Shown here: piece by piece, positions 25,069-30,650 of the stretch
Layout of the letters: every line of letters starts with the position of its first letter
Numbering within the stretch: position 1 is the first letter of the stretch
Virus record (IMG/VR): IMGVR_UViG_3300032233_001054
Location: 1-30,650 of that record
Strand: one strand, 5' to 3'
Origin: a virus
Taxonomy: Duplodnaviria > Caudoviricetes
Length of the DNA stretch: 30,650 nt
The notes under the pieces: model-generated
Told to the model about the DNA's origin: nothing
The model's database searches: none
The model's input: only the letters and a program-made list of their open reading frames with translations
Position numbers and translations under genes: made by a program

Positions 25069-25369
25069 TTTTTTTCTCCTTAATTTCTTTTATCATTTGT
25101 TGTTTAGCGGTTTCTACTCTTTCTTCAATCCGTTTAGTTAATGATCTTTGATCCCATTCAAGCAATCCACATGCTAATGTTAATACACGATTGTCTGAAT
25201 AAAACCACGGCAGTGTGTCTAATGGATATTTATTTTTAATTTCAAAATCCAAGTCATCTATCGCTTGCAATAATATAGCTACGATGAGTCTGCCTTCCGG
25301 TGTCCCAACTATGCCTGTGAAGTTTTCTTCTTCAAGCCTATCTAACGCCGGTATACTTCTACTATCCAT
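25040..25369 (-). CDS. Hypothetical protein
   Basis: 109 aa with PEGRLIVAILLQAIDD; overlaps both neighbours. Confidence 0.7.
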   Translation of the reverse strand: MDSRSIPALDRLEEENFTGIVGTPEGRLIVAILLQAIDDLDFEIKNKYPLDTLPWFYSDNRVLTLACGLLEWDQRSLTKRIEERVETAKQQMIKEIKEKKSGSKTKSRV

Positions 25370-25730
25370 ATTTCTTTTCTTTCTCTATATAAAAGATTAG
25401 TGCAGACCATCTTACTATAGGTCTCATATTTCTCCAAGGGTTTTTAATACTTGTATCATGGAAATTTGTAGCACCGTATGAATAGTCTACCTCAAGTTTA
25501 TGTAATACCCTATAGGCCAAGTCATAATATTGTTGTTGTATCTTTGGTGGGGTCTTGACACCATACCATGAAAACTGATAGGGTTTTTTCATCTCATAGC
25601 AAACGTTCTTTGCGTTAAAGTCTGCTCTTCGCATAAGCACATAACCTACTGCGACTTGCGCTTCTTTGGGTTGGTGTGCTGACTCCATGAAAATTGTTGT
25701 GGCAAGGCATGCCAATGCGTGATCTAGCAT
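25362..25730 (-). CDS. SleB-like cell wall hydrolase (Hydrolase_2)
   Basis: CLATTIFMES, AVGYVLMRR, YQFSW and GATNFH. AGGAGG RBS. Confidence 0.82.
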   Translation of the reverse strand: MLDHALACLATTIFMESAHQPKEAQVAVGYVLMRRADFNAKNVCYEMKKPYQFSWYGVKTPPKIQQQYYDLAYRVLHKLEVDYSYGATNFHDTSIKNPWRNMRPIVRWSALIFYIEKEKKYG

Positions 25731-25773
25731 AATTCCTCCTTTAGAGAACTGGCTTCAGTTCAGCTATTGTTGG

Positions 25774-26007
25774 TTATTTATTGGACAGATATTTTTGTAG
25801 TTCAGTGGCATACCAAACAATCTTACCGGCTTCCTGTATAGGATCGTCTTTAAGACCGAGTCTGCTTGAATACTTGATTAAGTTACCTTTGATGTATCCA
25901 CAATACTCCTCAGTGGATAGCTTTGATTTGATGTAGTCTATTGTCTCGATACCACCCGATGTGTAGTGCGCAGGATGGTTGACCATATCGTTCTTTATTT
26001 CGCTCAT
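25774..26007 (-). CDS. DUF3310 / SaV-like protein
   Basis: DMVNHPAHYTSGGIETIDYI...GNLIKY..R...K..WY. Confidence 0.88.
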   Translation of the reverse strand: MSEIKNDMVNHPAHYTSGGIETIDYIKSKLSTEEYCGYIKGNLIKYSSRLGLKDDPIQEAGKIVWYATELQKYLSNK

Positions 26008-26297
26008 TCAATCTCCTTTAATGTAGCTAATAACACCCCTATATTACTCTCGTTGATGACTGTTGTATATCCACCGGCCTTGCGTATCAAGTCCATGTTG
26101 TGTTTTTGCAACATCGTAGGTTCGTTCTTACCGGCCTTACATTCGATACCAATAAACATTCCCTTGTAACATGCAATGATGTCAGGCACACCTGATGCAC
26201 CATAACCACCCGTCGCGGGCGAGAAGTAATAACACCCTAGGTCATCTAATATTTTCTTAACTTGCTTCTTTACTTTACCTTCCGGTGTCATTGCCAT
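26004..26297 (-). CDS. VRR-NUC nuclease / Holliday junction resolvase
   Basis: TPEGKVK, GVPDII, GIECKAG and PTMLQ. Confidence 0.88.
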   Translation of the reverse strand: MAMTPEGKVKKQVKKILDDLGCYYFSPATGGYGASGVPDIIACYKGMFIGIECKAGKNEPTMLQKHNMDLIRKAGGYTTVINESNIGVLLATLKEIE

Positions 26298-26584
26298 TAC
26301 AATCCTTTCAATAAATCTTTTAAGTCATCTGTGATCGATGTGTCTTCTGTTTGTTTTGATAATGAGTTCGGTGCTAAGAATTTAGTAATAGCGTTCTTAA
26401 CATCGTAGTCAAAGTCTTTCCAATAGATATCTACATTGCTGATTAATATCTTGTGACGTTTTAATCCGTCAGCTTCCCTTGTCACTATCTCAACCCACTT
26501 CCGACCACGTTTAATTTCTATTCCAATATGACTATTGTAGTCGCGGATAACACGCGGTTTAAATTCTATCTCGTTAGTCCCCAT
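26297..26584 (-). CDS. Hypothetical protein
   Basis: 95 aa with a TAATG overlap with the VRR-NUC gene. Confidence 0.65.
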   Translation of the reverse strand: MGTNEIEFKPRVIRDYNSHIGIEIKRGRKWVEIVTREADGLKRHKILISNVDIYWKDFDYDVKNAITKFLAPNSLSKQTEDTSITDDLKDLLKGL

Positions 26585-27038
26585 ATTTTCTATACTTATC
26601 CCTTTCTCCTCGTTTGCTTCGTGCTTTCTTTTCCGGCAATTCTACACCGAGTCTTTTAATAAACCATTTCTCTGTATACTTAGCTACGCTTTTAATCACA
26701 TAGTTTGGCAACGGATGATAGATATCTTGTAGTAGACAGCGTGAAGCCTTGAAGTAATGCATACGACCATCTATGATTTTGTTTTGTATCTTGCCTTCAT
26801 GGTATAGCTTTGCCATAGCTACGGATATTTTCTTAACCCCAATCCCTAACTTCTCTTCCATGTCTTTTGCAGACATCATGTCTTGTCCAATAATTTTTAG
26901 TATATGTTCGTGGACTTCTTCGGACAACATCGGTTTAGCAATACCTTTTACTTTATATATAGTAGCCTTGGTATTACCCCGATACACTGTCTCAGTGTTC
27001 TTACCATACTTATCTTTCTTAATTTTTATGTTACTCAT
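26574..27038 (-). CDS. Winged-helix DNA-binding protein
   Basis: ILKII..MSAKDMEEKLGIGVKKISVAMAKLYHEGKI followed by a beta wing. Confidence 0.65.
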   Translation of the reverse strand: MSNIKIKKDKYGKNTETVYRGNTKATIYKVKGIAKPMLSEEVHEHILKIIGQDMMSAKDMEEKLGIGVKKISVAMAKLYHEGKIQNKIIDGRMHYFKASRCLLQDIYHPLPNYVIKSVAKYTEKWFIKRLGVELPEKKARSKRGERDKYRKYGD

Positions 27039-27285
27039 AAAATCCTTTTTCTATTGCGTTCTTTCTCGCAATCTCGACTGCCTCGTTTTTAAACTGAGTT
27101 AAGTTTTGTGGTGGGTCTTTTAATAGTATCTCTAGTGTTGGTGCATACTCTTCACTATCCACATAGTCCCTAATTCCCTTTTGTATGCCTTGTATGTCTT
27201 CGAAGGTATAGTCACTGCGAGGAAAAGATTTAAAGAACACATCATACATAATAATATAAAACTCTTCCTTGCTCATTCGCGACAT
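27031..27285 (-). CDS. Hypothetical protein
   Basis: 84 aa with an AAGGA RBS. Confidence 0.65.
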   Translation of the reverse strand: MSRMSKEEFYIIMYDVFFKSFPRSDYTFEDIQGIQKGIRDYVDSEEYAPTLEILLKDPPQNLTQFKNEAVEIARKNAIEKGFYE

Positions 27286-27287
27286 AA

Positions 27288-27515
27288 TTATCCTTTCATC
27301 TTGTTAACTGCCCAATCCATATCCTCTTTCACATATGAGTCTTGGTATGTAAGCTTCGATGTATCGTATATCCCTACTAAAAACTCATCAGACTTATCAA
27401 AGTCCTTATCCGGCGTCCTTACTCTAAATGCATCCTTTATATAGTATACCCCTGTGGCCTTGAATCTTTCATGTAGTTTCTTTATTACTACATCGTAGTG
27501 TAGTCTTGCACTCAT
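27288..27515 (-). CDS. Hypothetical protein
   Basis: 75 aa with an AGGAG RBS. Confidence 0.7.
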   Translation of the reverse strand: MSARLHYDVVIKKLHERFKATGVYYIKDAFRVRTPDKDFDKSDEFLVGIYDTSKLTYQDSYVKEDMDWAVNKMKG

Positions 27516-27676
27516 TACTTATCTCCTTTTAAAAAGCGTTGTGATAGTGTGTCTCTGATTGTTGCGTAGTGAATAGCGTCTAATATAGCCTGTCTTTCAA
27601 ACAAATTAAACTCTTGTTCATTCTGCTCGATCTGTTGTTCTTGTTCTTCTCTTATTGCTTCGCCTACTCTACTCAT
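27515..27676 (-). CDS. 53-aa hypothetical protein (not in the ORF track)
   Basis: MSRVGEAIREEQEQQIEQNEQEFNLFERQAILDAIHYATIRDTLSQRFLKGDK, with a GGAG RBS and a TAATG overlap. Confidence 0.7.
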   Translation of the reverse strand: MSRVGEAIREEQEQQIEQNEQEFNLFERQAILDAIHYATIRDTLSQRFLKGDK

Positions 27677-27773
27677 CTTGTTTTCTCCCTATTATCATAA
27701 GTTCTTTTAAGTTTCTGATTGGATAGTGACTCACCATATACCATATAACATCTCTGATATTGTTTTGTTCCAT
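27669..27773 (-). CDS. 34-aa hypothetical peptide (not in the ORF track)
   Basis: MEQNNIRDVIWYMVSHYPIRNLKELMIIGRKQDE, with an AGGA RBS; overlaps the next start. Confidence 0.5.
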   Translation of the reverse strand: MEQNNIRDVIWYMVSHYPIRNLKELMIIGRKQDE

Positions 27774-27808
27774 TTCTATCCTAGCACCTTTGTATATAAC
27801 TACATACT

Positions 27809-28090
27809 TCAATCTTCACATACTCCGCCGATACATGCTCGGCTTGTGATCTCTTGTTCTAATTCGTCAAAGGCCTTGTCCTTTTGGATGACCTCGACTG
27901 CCTTGTTAACATCGTCATACAAGTTATAGTCTGTCTCTGTAGTTCTAACCTTGATGATCATACCCTTCTCGCGTAAATGTTCTGATATCTGCGTTGAGAT
28001 ATAGTCTGTAGGTTCTACCCCCCATGACTCGACAACCTTGTATTCATCTTCGTTTAACTTTAGTTCTGCTACAATAATAAACTTCTTCAT
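27809..28090 (-). CDS. Hypothetical protein
   Basis: 93 aa with an AGGAG RBS; ends in ACIGGVCED. Confidence 0.7.
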   Translation of the reverse strand: MKKFIIVAELKLNEDEYKVVESWGVEPTDYISTQISEHLREKGMIIKVRTTETDYNLYDDVNKAVEVIQKDKAFDELEQEITSRACIGGVCED

Positions 28091-28185
28091 TTACTTTCTC
28101 CTTTCATATATGCATGTAAATCTGCGTTAACTATTATACCTATTACAATACCAATTACAAGCCCTACTATGATGCCTAGTATCAT
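28087..28185 (-). CDS. 32-aa glycine-zipper membrane peptide (not in the ORF track)
   Basis: MILGIIVGLVIGIVIGIIVNADLHAYMKGESK, with a GGAGG RBS and ATGA overlaps at both ends. Confidence 0.7.
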   Translation of the reverse strand: MILGIIVGLVIGIVIGIIVNADLHAYMKGESK

Positions 28186-28406
28186 TCTTCTACCTCCACA
28201 ATTCTAAAGTCTTCGCGGTCTGGAACATCCTCCATCTCACCGCTATCCATTGCGTCTTGCATCTGTTTAAAAAAGTAATCAAGTTCATGCTCTGCGTCTT
28301 CCTCTGTATCGTATGTTGTTTTGATTGTGTTGCCCTCGTCATCTTCGTATGACCAAGTATTAGTCCAACCTCCAAACAAACAAAACTCTTGTATCTCGTA
28401 AGCCAT
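28182..28406 (-). CDS. Highly acidic small protein
   Basis: 74 aa with 24 D/E and 4 K/R. AGGAG RBS. Confidence 0.75.
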   Translation of the reverse strand: MAYEIQEFCLFGGWTNTWSYEDDEGNTIKTTYDTEEDAEHELDYFFKQMQDAMDSGEMEDVPDREDFRIVEVEE

Positions 28407-28416
28407 GTTATTCTCC

Positions 28417-28671
28417 TTAATGTAGCCACATACCGATTAATAAACCTACTCCTACCCAAACAACTTTTTCTACCCATCCGTGTCGAGCGTCGACCCAAGC
28501 CTCACCACCTAGTTTACTTTGTAGGTCGCGTTCTTCTTTGGCTCGAGCCTTGTTAAACTTCGTGAGCCTACCATTGATGCGTCTCTTTGCTAACTTTCTC
28601 ATGCGTTGGTAGTCATGGTTCAAGTCGTTTAGTTTATCTACCATTTCCCTGTTATCAATCATTTGTTTCAT
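28417..28671 (-). CDS. Small protein with a C-terminal TM helix
   Basis: Basic coiled-coil region followed by VVWVGVGLLIGMWLH. Confidence 0.7.
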   Translation of the reverse strand: MKQMIDNREMVDKLNDLNHDYQRMRKLAKRRINGRLTKFNKARAKEERDLQSKLGGEAWVDARHGWVEKVVWVGVGLLIGMWLH

Positions 28672-28906
28672 TGCCTTCCTCCCTTTGTTGTCGTCGTAAT
28701 ATTTCTTGGTATTGGTGTGCCATGTAATTCATGCCTCGTTTGACTCCGAGTCGCATCGCGTGATAAAACATCCTTGCATCCTTCTCGCTTTTGACACGGC
28801 TCAATAGGTTCTCTGCATTGCAGTCATCTACATAAGCGTGGTATTCCGCGACTGACATCTTCTGTATCTCCTCTTCAAACTTCTGTTTCTTTTCTTCTTC
28901 AGTCAT
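28655..28906 (-). CDS. Hypothetical protein
   Basis: ATG 28906 (MTEEEK) follows GGAGG; the track start is 28921. Confidence 0.65.
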   Translation of the reverse strand: MTEEEKKQKFEEEIQKMSVAEYHAYVDDCNAENLLSRVKSEKDARMFYHAMRLGVKRGMNYMAHQYQEILRRQQREEGNETND

Positions 28907-28908
28907 GC

Positions 28909-29124
28909 CTAGTCCCTCCATCTGTTAAGTTCTATATACATATCTGATATGGTGTCGTCACTTAAATCCTCGAGAAACTTATCTAACTTCCGATCTTGTA
29001 AGTATTCAAAGACAACTCTACGCATTTCAGTTCTTGGTGCAGTCATACTCTGTTCAACTGCGTAATCCCTTTCACTGATAGCCCCTTCAAACATATAGTC
29101 CCTCTCGTTGTCATACCCTGTCAT
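28909..29124 (-). CDS. Hypothetical protein
   Basis: 71 aa with a GGAGG RBS. Confidence 0.7.
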   Translation of the reverse strand: MTGYDNERDYMFEGAISERDYAVEQSMTAPRTEMRRVVFEYLQDRKLDKFLEDLSDDTISDMYIELNRWRD

Positions 29125-29285
29125 TTATAAATCCTCCCTATGCCATTTAAAATTCCGTTTAGTTCTGTTGCTTCGAATGCTTTCTTATCGTAGGCAAATG
29201 GCGACTTCCTACCATTGCTATGTTTGACATAGCCTGTCACTATCACTTGCTCTACAATAATTTCTTTTTCTTTTTTAATAGTCAT
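29121..29285 (-). CDS. 54-aa hypothetical protein (not in the ORF track)
   Basis: MTIKKEKEIIVEQVIVTGYVKHSNGRKSPFAYDKKAFEATELNGILNGIGRIYK, with an ATGA overlap. Confidence 0.65.
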   Translation of the reverse strand: MTIKKEKEIIVEQVIVTGYVKHSNGRKSPFAYDKKAFEATELNGILNGIGRIYK

Positions 29286-29580
29286 GGCTCTTATGTTCCT
29301 CTTCTCTTTCTTTGTTTAATAAGTATTGCTCTGTATCTGTCATCGGTGGGTCGTAGGTTTTTGATTCATCTTCATACTCCTCTTTGTATTCTTCGATGTT
29401 TAATGCTCGACAGATTGCATTGTAGGTAGCTAGTCCACTTTGCGACATTCGTTGGCAGTCCCAACCTAAATCCAATACCAACTCTGTTAGCTTTCTATCT
29501 AGTGCCTTGGCCTCGTCTTTCAATGTAGCTATTTCGTTTGTTGCACTTTCATACAACTCATTCAACTCTTGGTTTTTCAT
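29275..29580 (-). CDS. Hypothetical coiled-coil, acidic protein
   Basis: 101 aa; overlaps both neighbours. Confidence 0.65.
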   Translation of the reverse strand: MKNQELNELYESATNEIATLKDEAKALDRKLTELVLDLGWDCQRMSQSGLATYNAICRALNIEEYKEEYEDESKTYDPPMTDTEQYLLNKEREEEHKSHDY

Positions 29581-29716
29581 TTTCTTTTATTTCCTTTCCT
29601 GTTAAAAAGTGATTCTCACCGCAACAACCAAACTTTTGCTCATGGTCTGATGCCTCGTCATAACAATAAACACAATAGGTCGCGTAATCATCTAAATCGT
29701 CAAAGTCTTCACTCAT
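29558..29716 (-). CDS. Small Cys/His (zinc-finger-like) protein
   Basis: ATG 29716 with GGAGG upstream. CVYC...CCGENH. Confidence 0.65.
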   Translation of the reverse strand: MSEDFDDLDDYATYCVYCYDEASDHEQKFGCCGENHFLTGKEIKENEKPRVE

Positions 29717-29883
29717 ACATTTACCTCCATGTTGTCTGCACAATTGTTAAATCGTTTTGTTGCCTCGTGTCTTATGTCTTCCATAAGTTTTAAATACTCT
29801 TGCGGGTCTTCTACTCCCTCGATCTCTTCGGCCTCTTGCATTGCGTTTAAGACATTCTTATATATCTGATTGGCTTTACTCAT
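29713..29883 (-). CDS. 56-aa hypothetical protein (not in the ORF track)
   Basis: MSKANQIYKNVLNAMQEAEEIEGVEDPQEYLKLMEDIRHEATKRFNNCADNMEVNV, with ATGA overlaps at both ends. Confidence 0.72.
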   Translation of the reverse strand: MSKANQIYKNVLNAMQEAEEIEGVEDPQEYLKLMEDIRHEATKRFNNCADNMEVNV

Positions 29884-30176
29884 ACTACCCCCTTATAAAA
29901 TCTCTCAAAGTCTTCTTGATAAAAAGTTTTTAAACAACCTCTTGATACTTTAATCGAACCCTCTTCATCGTAGTCGTTATTAGTTATAGCGAAGTCGATT
30001 GAAATTGAAGTAAGTAATGACTCATCGCCATCTTCCTTATCATCTGCCTCTGTTTCATACTCCTCTACCTCTGCTCTATCTACTTCGAAATCATGGTATC
30101 CAAAAAATCCTTGCCCTACATCTTTGGCTACAAACTCTGCAAATTTATCTATGTCTTGTTCTTTTAAGAATCGCAT
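29880..30176 (-). CDS. Acidic hypothetical protein
   Basis: 98 aa with ~27 D/E. AGGAGG RBS. Confidence 0.7.
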   Translation of the reverse strand: MRFLKEQDIDKFAEFVAKDVGQGFFGYHDFEVDRAEVEEYETEADDKEDGDESLLTSISIDFAITNNDYDEEGSIKVSRGCLKTFYQEDFERFYKGVV

Positions 30177-30335
30177 TCAGTCTTCCTCCTTTGCTCGTTC
30201 TTCTTCTATCCCTGTTAAGTAGTCATCTACATATTGTGCTAGGTGTTCGGGGAAATCTATCTCTTCTTTTTTACCATCTTCCCATTCAATATCCATCACT
30301 AACTTCCACGACACTATTCTTTTTATATCACTCAT
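30177..30335 (-). CDS. 52-aa acidic protein (not in the ORF track)
   Basis: MSDIKRIVSWKLVMDIEWEDGKKEEIDFPEHLAQYVDDYLTGIEEERAKEED, with an AGGAGG RBS. Confidence 0.72.
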   Translation of the reverse strand: MSDIKRIVSWKLVMDIEWEDGKKEEIDFPEHLAQYVDDYLTGIEEERAKEED

Positions 30336-30481
30336 CTGTTAGTCCTCCTGTCTATCTCGTCTTCGATTAAGTGCATTAAGTATATGTCTCGCATACCCAT
30401 ACCTACTATACCACTTCTAAATTGTTTTAATAGGGCTTTTAGTTCTCGCATTCCCATAACTTTAATTTCTTTGTTATTCAT
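30332..30481 (-). CDS. Hypothetical protein
   Basis: ATG 30481 (MNNKEIK) follows GGGGTGG; the track start is 30517. Confidence 0.6.
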   Translation of the reverse strand: MNNKEIKVMGMRELKALLKQFRSGIVGMGMRDIYLMHLIEDEIDRRTNR

Positions 30482-30650
30482 AAACCACCCCGTCTGCGTT
30501 GTCAAAGCGTTTGTCATCGCTTGGTTCGAAGTCTTCTTCCTCGATCCGTTCGGCCTCTATCTTTAGCATATCCCTTAAAAAGTCTGCTTGTTCCTGTGCC
30601 GATAGCTTTGTAAAGAGTTTGTATATTATTGGGCTTATTGTGTGACTCAT
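30474..30650 (-). CDS. 58-aa hypothetical protein at the window edge (not in the ORF track)
   Basis: MSHTISPIIYKLFTKLSAQEQADFLRDMLKIEAERIEEEDFEPSDDKRFDNADGVVYE. The ATG is the last codon of the window, so the ORF may extend further. Confidence 0.6.
   Translation of the reverse strand: MSHTISPIIYKLFTKLSAQEQADFLRDMLKIEAERIEEEDFEPSDDKRFDNADGVVYE

Noticed and set aside
28190-28498. 102-aa alternative-frame minus-strand ORF
   Set aside because: It overlaps two genes that have clear SDs and has no supporting signals of its own.
30515-30540. GGTTCGAA resembling a tRNA T-loop
   Set aside because: No cloverleaf stems, and it lies within a coding region.
14230-30566. Many + strand ORFs of 60-117 aa in the minus-strand arm, and - strand ORFs such as 1531, 3575, 4484, 6921 and 11691 in the + arm
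   Set aside because: They are antisense shadows of well-supported genes, with no RBS or recognisable motifs.

Overview
This is an AT-rich fragment of a tailed dsDNA phage genome with podovirus-like organisation, probably from an aquatic proteobacterial host (inference). It has two convergent arms. The + strand (1-13133) carries the end of the lysis/virion module: a 5'-truncated GH24 endolysin, a P22 gp10-like tail hub, a small virion protein, four ejection/internal virion proteins (the last a ~1750-aa polyvalent protein with an HExxEH metallopeptidase) and a GNAT-like protein. The - strand (13130-30650) carries the replication module (AEP primase-DUF927 helicase, XRE HTH, SSB-like protein, SNF2 helicase, two HNH proteins, Cas4-like nuclease, 2OG-Fe(II) oxygenase, PolA) and ~30 tightly coupled small early genes, including TraR/DksA-like, SleB-like, DUF3310, VRR-NUC, acidic proteins and nine short ORFs missing from the track. 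No tRNA, CRISPR array, integrase, intron or intein was seen. The best leads are (i) small +1-frame genes with their own Shine-Dalgarno sequences overprinted on acidic linkers of the two largest proteins (9040-9228 and 15083-15175), (ii) a candidate structured RNA with a loop-E (GAA/AGUA) motif in the PolA leader, and (iii) a [FYM]-x-x-G-G motif repeated ~10 times in two ejection proteins and resembling tape-measure C-termini. Family calls come from motif recognition, not database searches.
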